A stretch of 53,159 bases of DNA, the filler included, from an uncultured virus (IMG/VR IMGVR_UViG_2049941000_000878) (lineage: Duplodnaviria; Heunggongvirae; Uroviricota; Caudoviricetes). It is 6 parts of one record of this genome, joined end to end, with 100 filler letters (N's around TTAATTAATTAA, not from the genome) between each part and the next. Parts side by side here need not be neighbours in the genome. Positions count along the whole stretch, not along the records: positions 43,126 to 52,084 come from IMGVR_UViG_2049941000_000878; positions 52,185 to 52,402 come from IMGVR_UViG_2049941000_000878; positions 52,503 to 53,159 come from IMGVR_UViG_2049941000_000878; 3 more parts are not named here. One strand, given 5' to 3'. Shown here piece by piece: positions 44,470 to 53,159 of this stretch. Position 1 is the stretch's first letter, and each line of letters begins with the position of its first letter. The position numbers were made by a program, and so were the translations under genes. The notes below the pieces were generated by a model that saw only the letters and a program-made list of their open reading frames with translations, ran no database searches and was not told the DNA's origin.

Positions 44470-44754
44470 ATGGAAAGCAATCTACATAAAGCATCCGAAC
44501 GCCTGAAGGAGATACGACCCGACTACGCCTGGGACCCCTCCATCTTCAGCGACAGCGACGCACGCGCCGACGCCGTGCGCTGCATCATCGACAAGCGCCT
44601 GTCGCTCGCAGACCGCACGATCATCCTGCTTTATGTCGACTGCCACAACTATCACGAACTGGGACGGCTGCTCGGATTCAGCCACATGACCGCCCGGAAG
44701 GAGGTCCTGCGAATCAAGCGCCGCATCCTGCAAATCTATACCGGACAAGCATGA
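44470..44754 (+). CDS. Stand-alone sigma-70 region-4-like HTH protein
   Basis: LS..DRTI.LL.......Y.ELG.LLG.S..T....V.RI. Confidence 0.65.
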   Translation: MESNLHKASERLKEIRPDYAWDPSIFSDSDARADAVRCIIDKRLSLADRTIILLYVDCHNYHELGRLLGFSHMTARKEVLRIKRRILQIYTGQA

Positions 44755-45686
44755 AGATCGGAATGGTAGATGTAGACGGTGGCAAGCGTTTCCCAAACCT
44801 CGCGCTGATGAAATTGTCGGCGTGGCACAAAGCGCATGGCGATACCGTAGAATGGTACGACGCTATGTTCGGCGGACACTTCGATAAGGTCTACCTCTCG
44901 AAGGTGTTTTCTTTTACGCCGGACTACGACCTGCCGATAGACGCGGACGAAGTGGAACGCGGCGGCTCCGGCTACTGCATTGATATGGTGGACGGCAAGG
45001 AGGTATTCCACAAGGAACGCGACAAGCACCTCCCGGACGAGGTCGAGCATATCTACCCGGACTACTCGCTCTATCCTGCGCTGACGCAGGACACGGCCTT
45101 CGGTTTCCTTTCGCGTGGGTGTCCTCGCGGCTGCGACTTCTGCATCGTCAAGGACAAGGAGGGCCGATGTTCCACGAAGGTCGCCGACTTGTCGGAGTTC
45201 TGGCGCGGCCAGAAGAACATCGTCCTCTGCGATCCGAACATACTCGCGTGCCACGACTGGAAGGACCTCCTTCAGCAGCTCATCGACAGCCGCGCCTGGG
45301 TAGACTTCAACCAGGGTCTCGACATCCGGCTTATGACGGAGGAGAAGGCGGAAATGCTCGGACGCATCAAGGTCAAGGAGATACACTTCGCCTGGGACCG
45401 ATATGAGGACCGCGACAAGATTCTGCCAAAACTCCAGATGTTTGCACGGGTGACGAAACAACGCCCGCACTCGCATAACGCCATCGTCTACACGCTGGTA
45501 AATTTTACGACTACGCTGGACCAGGATCTTGACCGCATCTACACGCTGCGCGATCTCGGTTACTGGCCGTATGTTATGATTTACGACAAGGAACACTGCG
45601 CGAAAGTCTACCGCCACCTCCAGCGATGGGTGAATATGCGTGCGACCTTCGCCGCCGTCAAACGATTTGAAGATTACAACGCATGA
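44751..45686 (+). CDS. Radical SAM protein
   Basis: RGCPRGCDFC (CxxxCxxC), FPNLALMK and DFNQGLD motifs. Confidence 0.9.
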   Translation: MKIGMVDVDGGKRFPNLALMKLSAWHKAHGDTVEWYDAMFGGHFDKVYLSKVFSFTPDYDLPIDADEVERGGSGYCIDMVDGKEVFHKERDKHLPDEVEHIYPDYSLYPALTQDTAFGFLSRGCPRGCDFCIVKDKEGRCSTKVADLSEFWRGQKNIVLCDPNILACHDWKDLLQQLIDSRAWVDFNQGLDIRLMTEEKAEMLGRIKVKEIHFAWDRYEDRDKILPKLQMFARVTKQRPHSHNAIVYTLVNFTTTLDQDLDRIYTLRDLGYWPYVMIYDKEHCAKVYRHLQRWVNMRATFAAVKRFEDYNA

Positions 45687-46009
45687 TATACACAGAACTC
45701 GCCACCGTCGCCCTCATCGTCGACTACATCGTCGGAGCGTCAGGATTCACCCAGTCCTGGCGGCGCGCACTCGCCAGGCGCCTCCAACTGAAGGAACACC
45801 AGCTGCGGCCACTCAAGCCGTTCGACTGCGCCACCTGCATGACGTGGTGGACCTGCCTGGCATACGCCCTCATCCAGCACGACCTCACGCTCTGGACCGT
45901 CGCAGCATCCGCAGCGCTGTCCCTGCTCTCAATTCCGATAACGGATTTGTTGCTATTTATACGCGAAGGACTCTCCGCAATCCTCCGCAAACTATTCGAC
46001 AAGTTATGA
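45683..46009 (+). CDS. Membrane protein with CxxC
   Basis: KPFDC..C.TWW motif and TM helices. Confidence 0.6.
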   Translation: MIYTELATVALIVDYIVGASGFTQSWRRALARRLQLKEHQLRPLKPFDCATCMTWWTCLAYALIQHDLTLWTVAASAALSLLSIPITDLLLFIREGLSAILRKLFDKL

Positions 46010-46317
46010 CGCTCAAGGATACTTTCGCGCAGATGCGCACCGCGATGGAGGCCGCCGGCTATCCGGTGATCCTCTCACGCGGAAAGACCGAACAGGCGCT
46101 CTACTGGCCGCGCGCCATCATCGCGTACTACCTCTACGCCGACCGCTGGAACGACCGACGCATCGCCGTACTGCTCAACCGCAGCCGTCCGACCATATCC
46201 TGCGCACGCTACCGCGTACAGGCCGCGCTCGAACTGCCGGCCATGTATGACGACGTCATCGAAATCATCGACAACTTCAAAACGAAATACCATGAACTTT
46301 ACGGACAAGACCTTTGA
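46006..46317 (+). CDS. HTH protein resembling the DnaA C-terminal domain
   Basis: R.IIAY.L.......IA..LNR...TI. Confidence 0.5.
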   Translation: MTLKDTFAQMRTAMEAAGYPVILSRGKTEQALYWPRAIIAYYLYADRWNDRRIAVLLNRSRPTISCARYRVQAALELPAMYDDVIEIIDNFKTKYHELYGQDL

Positions 46318-46627
46318 AACGCTCGCACCGTTCGAGCGCTACTTCAAAACGGCCACGGAGGCGGACTGGTGTCCGAACCCCGGACGCGCCGCGCTGGACG
46401 TCATGGCCGCCGCCCTCACCGAGAAGGACGGACGCCGCACCGTCGTCAACCACGCCTGCGGCTCCTGCATCCTCAACGTGGTCAAGCGCACCGGCTACCT
46501 CTGGTACGAGGACATGTGGCAACGCGCCGCAGAAGCCGCATACGACGCGCAGGACGCGCCCGAAGCACCCCAGCCGACCAAGACCCCGGCAAAGAAAACA
46601 ACCGCAAAGAAAACGACCAAGAAATGA
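46292..46627 (+). CDS. Hypothetical CxxC protein with a Lys-rich tail (variant end at 47769-47853)
   Basis: ACGSC motif and KKTTAKKTTKK tail. Confidence 0.6.
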   Translation: MNFTDKTFETLAPFERYFKTATEADWCPNPGRAALDVMAAALTEKDGRRTVVNHACGSCILNVVKRTGYLWYEDMWQRAAEAAYDAQDAPEAPQPTKTPAKKTTAKKTTKK

Positions 46628-47184
46628 CAGTCCAAAACATAGACATATCCTTGCTCCGCCACAACGTCGGACAGATCGACGGACTACCCGCCAATCCAAG
46701 GACATGGACGCAGGACGACATCAACCGCCTCGCAGAATCCCTTCTGGAAACTCCGGAACTTTTTGCCGCCCGTCCATGCATCGTATACCCGGTCGGCAAG
46801 GCTTACGTCATACTCGCCGGAAACCTCCGTTATTCCGCCTGCCGTCAAAACAACGCCAGGACCGTCCCCTGTGTAGTGCTCCCTTCCAACCTTCCTACGC
46901 ACAAACTCGCAGAAATAGTCCTCAAGGACAACGGCGAATTCGGAGAATGGAACACCGCCCTGCTTGCTTCGCTATGGACCGACCTGCCGCTTGAACGCTG
47001 GGGCGTGGAAGTGCAGGAGATGGAGGACTTCAGTGGAAAGAACAAGGAACTCAACGTCGGAGATTTTGATGAGAACATCACCCTCCGACTGAAGTATGAC
47101 AAGGTGCACGCCTTACTGGTGCAAAACCGCCTCGGCGAGGACAAGAAGACCACCCTCTTAAACGCCCTGCACTATGGAAACTAA
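46624..47184 (+). CDS. ParB/Srx N-terminal domain protein
   Basis: N.GQI.GLP.NPR, GN.R and KDN..FG.W motifs. Confidence 0.8.
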   Translation: MTVQNIDISLLRHNVGQIDGLPANPRTWTQDDINRLAESLLETPELFAARPCIVYPVGKAYVILAGNLRYSACRQNNARTVPCVVLPSNLPTHKLAEIVLKDNGEFGEWNTALLASLWTDLPLERWGVEVQEMEDFSGKNKELNVGDFDENITLRLKYDKVHALLVQNRLGEDKKTTLLNALHYGN

Positions 47185-47734
47185 AACAATCCAGATCGCT
47201 CTCATTGACGCAAACGAGGGACAGTTCCCCGGCCTCCCCAGGAATCCCCGGAGTTGGTCCGTCCGTGAACTGTCGAAACTCAAGAAGTCAATCCAGGAAA
47301 CCCCGGAGCTCGTGGAACTCCGCCCTCCGATAGTGGTGGAATACAACGGCCGCTATGTCGCACTCGGCGGCAACATGCGCCTCACCGCCATCCGCGACCT
47401 CGGACAGACCGAGGTGTCCTGCTGCGTTCTCCCTTCTGACACTCCGATCCGGAAGTTGAAGGAAATCGTCATAAAGGACAACTCGAAATTCGGTTCATGG
47501 GATTACGACGCACTCGCCAACAACTGGACCGACTACGACCTCGCCGACTATGGAATACCCGTCTACGACTACACGGACGAACCCGCGTCCGCAGACGGAA
47601 ACGCAAGTCCTTTGGATGAACGCGTCAGCATTGACATAGAACTCACCCCGGACGAGTTCAACTTCGTCACGGCAAAGCTCCGCACCATAGCTGCCACGCC
47701 TGAAGAAGCCGTCCTTAAACTCCTGAACCTATGA
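47174..47734 (+). CDS. ParB/Srx N-terminal domain protein (paralog)
   Basis: N.GQ..GLP.NPR, GGNMR and KDN..FG.WD motifs. Confidence 0.8.
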   Translation: METKTIQIALIDANEGQFPGLPRNPRSWSVRELSKLKKSIQETPELVELRPPIVVEYNGRYVALGGNMRLTAIRDLGQTEVSCCVLPSDTPIRKLKEIVIKDNSKFGSWDYDALANNWTDYDLADYGIPVYDYTDEPASADGNASPLDERVSIDIELTPDEFNFVTAKLRTIAATPEEAVLKLLNL

Positions 47735-47849
47735 CGCACTTGTTCCCATACGACTGGANNNNNNNNNNCGAGGCTGCTGCCGCGCCTGAAACACCCAAGC
47801 CGAGCAAGACGCCGGCGAAGAAAACAACCGCGAAGAAAACGACCAAGAA

Positions 47850-48032
47850 ATGAAGCCAGTCAGAACCGCCCGCGTAGTAAAGACCGCCTGCGACAACGGC
47901 GCCGGACTCACTGAATCATTCTGGAACGTGCAGACCAAGCGCCTCCTCGGCTGGCACACCGTGGCCACATTCGGCAACGCCACCGCGGCGCTCATACACG
48001 CAAAACACATCGTAACAGGAACAGCAGAATGA
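47850..48032 (+). CDS. Hypothetical protein
   Basis: ATGA-coupled on both sides. Confidence 0.5.
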   Translation: MKPVRTARVVKTACDNGAGLTESFWNVQTKRLLGWHTVATFGNATAALIHAKHIVTGTAE

Positions 48033-48460
48033 CTTACGACCTTGCACAACGACTCGACCGCGAACGGTTCGCCACGCGCTGCCGCTACCTCACCGAGAAA
48101 GGCGCAGTCGTGGAAGTGACCGAGCGCACCTTCAGGTCCGGCTCGCAGAACCGCTACCTGCACCTGCTCATCGGACTGGTCGCGCTGGAGGTCGGAGCGT
48201 CCGCCGAGTACGTCAAGGCCACATACTTCAAACGGCTGGTGAACCCGGACACGTTCGTCCTGACAGCCAACGACCCCTACGCCGGACAAGTGGAGACGCT
48301 GCGCTCCACGGCGGCCCTGACGAAAGAGGAGATGTCCACGGCCATCGACCGGTTCAAGAACTGGGGACGCGAACAGGGATGGATCATGCCGGACCCCGGA
48401 GACACGGAGATCCTCCGCCAGCTGGAAATCGAACTCGCCCGGCACCGTGACTGGGTGTAG
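48029..48460 (+). CDS. NinB/Orf-like recombination protein
   Basis: RS..QN.YLH and RST..L...EM...ID motifs. Confidence 0.7.
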   Translation: MTYDLAQRLDRERFATRCRYLTEKGAVVEVTERTFRSGSQNRYLHLLIGLVALEVGASAEYVKATYFKRLVNPDTFVLTANDPYAGQVETLRSTAALTKEEMSTAIDRFKNWGREQGWIMPDPGDTEILRQLEIELARHRDWV

Positions 48461-48484
48461 AATTGCAATTTGCGTTTTATTGCT

Positions 48485-48805
48485 ATGGAGAAAACGTACC
48501 ACATTACATCGGAGAACGCCCGCGAGATGCAGGCGAAATCCGTGGCGGCGCGGAAGCAGAACCGCATCTTCCAGACGGAGGCCCTGAAGCACGCAAAGGA
48601 GATCGCACAGGGTCTGCGCGTCCTCGCAAAGTCCGCCGCCACCGGGGACCGCACCGCACTCGCCGACCTGTACCGCTACACCGGTGAGGAACGCCAGCAG
48701 ATAGACATCACCTCCAACGGCCAGACCGTGAATTTCGTCGTACCGCAGGAAACGAAAGACATCCTGGACGAAATCGCAGATGGAGCAGACGGTCAGGACG
48801 AGTAA
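48485..48805 (+). CDS. Terminase small subunit, variant B
   Basis: Directly upstream of and overlapping terL; IDITSNG motif. Confidence 0.65.
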   Translation: MEKTYHITSENAREMQAKSVAARKQNRIFQTEALKHAKEIAQGLRVLAKSAATGDRTALADLYRYTGEERQQIDITSNGQTVNFVVPQETKDILDEIADGADGQDE

Positions 48806-50000
48806 GGTGTTCGTCGAGACCGCGCGAGCTTGGCGGCAGACGGAACGCTATGTGTCCTCATGTGGGGGGACGCGTAGCGGCAAGACGTTTGCGAACCTCC
48901 AGCTGCTTTACGCCGTCGGATGCCGTGACAAGAAACCGACCATCACCTCCGTAGTCAGTGAGACCATCCCGCACCTGAAGCGCGGCGCCATCCGTGACTT
49001 CCAGCAGATCCTCGGACCGGCCTTCGACGACAAGGCGTGGAACAAGTCCGACCTCATATACACCCTCCCTTCCGGCTCCATCATCGAGTTCTTCAGCGCG
49101 GACCAACCCGGGAAGGTACACGGACCGGCACGCGACCGCCTGTTCATGAACGAGGTGCAAAACATCTCCTATGACATCGCGCGTCAGTTGTTCGTCCGTA
49201 CACGCGGGAAGATCCTGCTGGACTACAACCCGACCGCCTCGTTCTGGGCGAACGAACTCATCGAAACGCGCGAGAACTGCATCCGCGTCCATTCGACCTA
49301 CCTCGACAACGTGGACTCCGTGACCGGCGAGTCCTTCCTGACCGCCGAACAGCTCGCGGAAATCGAAAGCAACCGCGGCGACGCGAACTGGTGGACCGTC
49401 TACGGCGAGGGTAAGGTCGGCACGCTGGAGGGCGTCATCTACAACTTCGAGCAGGTGGACGACCTTCCGCAGGCGGACGGCCTCCGTGAGGTATGGGGGA
49501 TGGACTTCGGCTTTACACACGACCCCACCGCCATCGTCCGCATACTCGCCGACACCGGGCGCAAGATAGCGTACATCGACGAGATCGCCTACCAGACCGG
49601 CATGATGAACGCGCAGATAGCGCAGACCCTCCGGGCCTCCGGAGCGCGCCCTGGCGTCCGTATATGGGCCGATGCAGCCGACCCCAAGTCCATCGCGGAG
49701 ATAGGACAGGCGTCCGGCCTGAACGTCGAAGCGTGCGACAAGGGCGCACCGGTCCGCAGCGCAAAGCGTCAGTTCCAGATCCAATGGATGCAAGGCTGGC
49801 AGCTCCGACCGACGAAACGCTCGCTGAACTGGATAAGGGAGGCGCGTAACTATACATGGGCGAAGGACCGCGACGGCAACTTCACCGGCTATCCTATCGA
49901 AGCGTGGGACCACCTTATGGATGCGACACGCTATGCACTTTATTCTGAATTTGCAGACCGCCTCCAGGCGGGACAATACGCCTTATCAAGATTGAGATGA
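48780..50000 (+). CDS. terL: Terminase large subunit (PBSX-like)
   Basis: Walker A GGTRSGKT, Walker B LFMNE, and nuclease motifs DFGF..DP and DH.MDA.RY. Confidence 0.95.
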   Translation: MEQTVRTSKVFVETARAWRQTERYVSSCGGTRSGKTFANLQLLYAVGCRDKKPTITSVVSETIPHLKRGAIRDFQQILGPAFDDKAWNKSDLIYTLPSGSIIEFFSADQPGKVHGPARDRLFMNEVQNISYDIARQLFVRTRGKILLDYNPTASFWANELIETRENCIRVHSTYLDNVDSVTGESFLTAEQLAEIESNRGDANWWTVYGEGKVGTLEGVIYNFEQVDDLPQADGLREVWGMDFGFTHDPTAIVRILADTGRKIAYIDEIAYQTGMMNAQIAQTLRASGARPGVRIWADAADPKSIAEIGQASGLNVEACDKGAPVRSAKRQFQIQWMQGWQLRPTKRSLNWIREARNYTWAKDRDGNFTGYPIEAWDHLMDATRYALYSEFADRLQAGQYALSRLR

Positions 50001-50787
50001 TAGACAACTTCCAAGACCTGAAGCTCGGCGCCATGCTGCGCCTCCAAGCCATACCAGACGACATCGACCCGCTGGACAGGCAGGTCGCCATACTCGCCGT
50101 CCTGTCCGGATGCTCCGAGGACGACATCCTTGCACTCCCGCTGGACGAGTACAGCCGCCGCGTCAGCGCGTCACGCTTCCTTGACCGCGACCTCCCGAAG
50201 CGCGTACCGCAGCGCTCCTACAAGGTCGGAGGGTACACCCTCGAACCGGTCCGGGACTTCCGCAAGATAACCACCGCGCAGTTCGTGGACTTCAAGACCT
50301 TCATGGAGCAGGCGGGCCACGACGAGCGCAAGGTCGCCGCCATCACCGTGGAGCTGCTGTCGTGTATGCTCGTCCCTGCCGGACACACCTACTGCGACGA
50401 CTACGACCCGATGGACGTGCAGGCCGCCATACGCGACCACCTGCGCGCTGACGACGCCGTCGCCCTGTCCGCTTTTTTTTTGAGTCGATGGATGCGATCG
50501 TCCAAGCATATCCTAACATCTTCCCGCCGGATCGCTCGGAGGATGCGGCGAAAGGACCTGCTGGCGAAGGTGAAGGACCTGCTGACGATGCGGCGGAACC
50601 TGCTGACGACTACACCACGCGCTGGGGATGGATCTCGTTAGTGGACACGGTGAGCGAGACGCAGCGCTGCTCCTGGGACGAGGTATGGCGCAAGCCGATG
50701 ATAGAAGCGCTCAACACGTTCGCCTACGCGAAGGACAGGAACGCACGGCGCGAGGAAGAAATGGAGAAATACAAGAAAACGCACTGA
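49997..50787 (+). CDS. Tail assembly chaperone pair (49997-50641 and a -1 frameshift extension to 50787)
   Basis: T9 run at 50473-50481 in T-TTT-TTT phase; the -1 frame is open to 50787 with WGW and EAL...AY.KD motifs. Confidence 0.7.
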
Positions 50788-50788
50788 C

Positions 50789-51206
50789 ATGGCAGACGAA
50801 CTACTGAATACCGACAACTTGCAGGCCGTGCTGATGGAGTACGGCGTGGCGGTCCGGAACCTCTACCAGGACCGGCTCATCCTGCACGACCGCATCGCCA
50901 CCGGCGACCTGCTGAACAGCGTCGAGGTCCATGTCGACTACAACGGCGAGGCCTACGAGGTGAAGCTGGACCTCGCGTCNNNNNNNNNNGCCGGTCCTGC
51001 CGCGTCCCCTGAAGAACGGCAAGCTCCCCACGCCGCAGCAGCTGGCGTACCTCATCGGACGGAAGATCTCCGAGAAAGGCACGAAGGGCATCCCCGACCT
51101 CACCGACTCCGTGGAAGATATGAACAAGGCCTTCCAGGAGCGCATCGCGGCGGCGCTGGCGCAGGATGTCGGCTCGTACATACGGAAACTCGTCCGCACC
51201 CCTTAA
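50789..51206 (+). CDS. HK97 gp10-like tail completion protein (gapped)
   Basis: ATG.L.NS and AYLIGRKI...G motifs. Confidence 0.6.
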
Positions 51207-51285
51207 CGCGCGCCTGCGCGCCCGGAAACGGCTCTCATTCCACGATGGGGGCCGTCGCTATTTATAGTCGTAAGAATCTACGACT

Positions 51286-52084
51286 ATGCCATCTATCTGG
51301 AAAGACTATTTTGTCAGCTTCGGAGCAGTCGACGAGGCGGACTACACCATTCAGACCGGCGGCGAGACCATCTACGCCGGACACGCCGTCAGGCGCCCCG
51401 ACCAGCAGCAGCTCACCGTCCGGATCAATGACGTCTGCGCCGACTACCTCGCGCACGTCGTCCCCTCCGTCGCATCGCGCACCGCGGTCAACGAACCCTC
51501 CGCCGCCACCTTCACCGTGAAGGACGCAGGCGGCACCACCGTCGACAGCGTGCAGTTCGTCGCCGACTGGTCCCACGACTACGACCACGCCACGTCCGCG
51601 CTCGCCGATCCGGTGAACGGTCGCGTGTCAGCCGACCAGGCCATCGTCCTGTCGGTCCTGTCCACCGTCGCCACATCCGCGACGCTCCGCTACAAGAGCG
51701 GCACCACCGACACCATCTCCGTGTCCTCCGCAGGCGGACCCCTCCAGGTCGTGTCCATACCGCTGGCATCCATAGCGAACCTCGCAGCCGTCACCGTCGG
51801 CGGACACACCTACACCGTCGTCGGCGCCTGCGCACGCTACGCCCTGCTGTACGTCAACGCCTTCGGCGGCTGGGACACCCTGCTGATGGAGGGACGCGAA
51901 GGCCTCGCGGACTCCTACGACCGCCACACCATGCAGCAGCGCTACGACAACACCCAGCGCAGCGCACGCGGCACCGTCGAGTACGTCAACGAGGTCACGC
52001 GCACATGGACGCTCCGCACCGGCTGGCTGAAGGGCGACGAGGCGTTCCGGATGCACCACGTCCTCGGCAGCACACACGTCTACC
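51286..52084 (+). CDS. Distal-tail-like protein (truncated)
   Basis: YVN.FGGWD and L.TGWL......M...L.S..VY motifs; precedes the large tail gene. Confidence 0.6.
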
Positions 52085-52736
52085 NNNNNNNNNNNNNNNN
52101 NNNNNNNNNNNNNNNNNNNNNNNNNNNNTTAATTAATTAANNNNNNNNNNNNNNNNNNNNNNNNNNNNNNNNNNNNNNNNNNNNACGACCACCCTCTACG
52201 TCGTAGTGCCGGAGGGCGACGGCTGGACCATCACCAACAGCGCGGACTGGATAACCGTCACGCCGCTTTCCGGCGCAGGGAACGGTACCCTCGCCGTCAC
52301 CGTGCCGAACTACACCGGAACGACGTCACGGCAGGGCATCATCACCGCCACCCGCGACGGCTACACACAGGGCGCGATGTTCTACGTCATCCAGAACCCC
52401 GCNNNNNNNNNNNNNNNNNNNNNNNNNNNNNNNNNNNNNNNNNNNNTTAATTAATTAANNNNNNNNNNNNNNNNNNNNNNNNNNNNNNNNNNNNNNNNNN
52501 NNCAGAAATACCTCACCGAGGACCGCGCCGACCGCGTGGACCTCATGCACGACGGCAACGACGTGGAAGGCGTCCACCTCGTCCAGTGGTTCATCAAGGA
52601 CAGCGCGAAGGGCNNNNNNNNNNTTGCAAAGATACGGCAAAAAAATAGATATGCAAAACATCAGTGAATTCGAAAAAAACGTGTAAATTTGTACTTTGTT
52701 TTAAGAGTGAAATTTTAATTATCTCATAAATCAGTT

Positions 52737-53041
52737 ATGTACCAAGCATTCAAAAGACTTTTGACCGTTGTCGCGGTCATGCTGGTGGGAATTTCGGCAT
52801 TCGCCCAGGTTACCACCTCTTCCCTTAACGGCAAGGTTGCCGACAGAGATGGCGAGCCCGTCGTAGGCGCCGCCGTTATCGCTGTCCATACCCCTTCCGG
52901 TACGCAGTACTATGCTGTCGCCAATGCGGAAGGCCGTTTCGCCATCAACGGTATGCGCTCCGGCGGCCCTTACTCCGTAGAGGTCAGCTGTCTCGGATAC
53001 CAGACGGTCACTTACACCGACATCACCCTTCAGCTCGGTGA
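52737..53041 (+). CDS. Host TonB-dependent receptor N-terminus (carboxypeptidase-regulatory-like domain)
   Basis: Signal peptide, QVTTS.L.G.V, H.PSGT.Y and GMR.GGPY motifs; TAAATTTG promoter at 52684-52691. Confidence 0.85.
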
Positions 53042-53159
53042 NNNNNNNNNNNCACGGCCAACACCAAGTTCGCCACCGAGAAGACCGGTGCCGCCACCAA
53101 CATCAACAACAGCCAGATCGTCTCCCTCCCTACCGTCAGCCGCAACCTCACCGACGTGA

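Larger units (their letters stand above)
1..52612. mobile_element. Fragments of several variants of a temperate Bacteroidales siphovirus (prophage or free), shuffled by assembly and interleaved with a few host fragments
   Basis: Terminase, portal, XkdF protease, capsid, tail tube, tape measure, endolysin, integrase and CI are all present, mostly as 2-3 near-identical copies separated by N gaps; BACON domains and TAnnTTTG promoters point to a Bacteroidota host. Confidence 0.93.

Noticed and set aside
3242..49976. Long opposite-strand and gap-spanning ORFs (e.g. 3242-4276 -, 4322-6148 -, 40956-42647 +, 48858-49976 -)
   Set aside because: Shadow frames of GC-rich genes, or chimeras read through Ns
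17063..52458. TTAATTAATTAA repeated at 17063, 33369, 43070, 52129 and 52447
   Set aside because: Always embedded in N runs; an artificial all-frame-stop contig linker

Overview
This is not one contiguous genome. It is a concatenation of short assembly fragments joined by N gaps and TTAATTAATTAA linkers, with recurring ~50-bp end overlaps and mixed orientations. The fragments come from several closely related variants of one temperate, GC-rich siphovirus of Bacteroidales, plus a few host fragments (rplM, rpsI, rpsB and a TonB-dependent receptor start). The overlaps allow a gene order to be reconstructed: terS, terL, frameshifting tail chaperone, tail genes (BACON-repeat tail protein, tape measure), XkdF protease/scaffold, capsid, tail tube, portal, adaptor, tail fibre, lysis, tyrosine integrase, glycosyltransferase, CI, early/replication genes, RuvC-like, sigma region-4 protein, radical SAM, and a ParB/methylase cassette. 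The most interesting signals are non-coding. (1) Downstream of the integrase are repeated units of GCTATT(T/AT)TATAGTG, a 35-45-nt variable stretch and a GTGA-loop hairpin; the variable stretches are antisense to phage translation-start regions (14/14 nt to the integrase leader), suggesting a small antisense-RNA array. (2) A low-GC receptor-binding module of the tail fibre is bounded by 14-bp inverted repeats. (3) A structured RNA with a hammerhead-like core lies before terS. (4) A GCTATT promoter-like motif precedes structural operons, and one copy overlaps a hairpin that hides the start codon. All protein calls come from motif recognition by eye; no searches were run.
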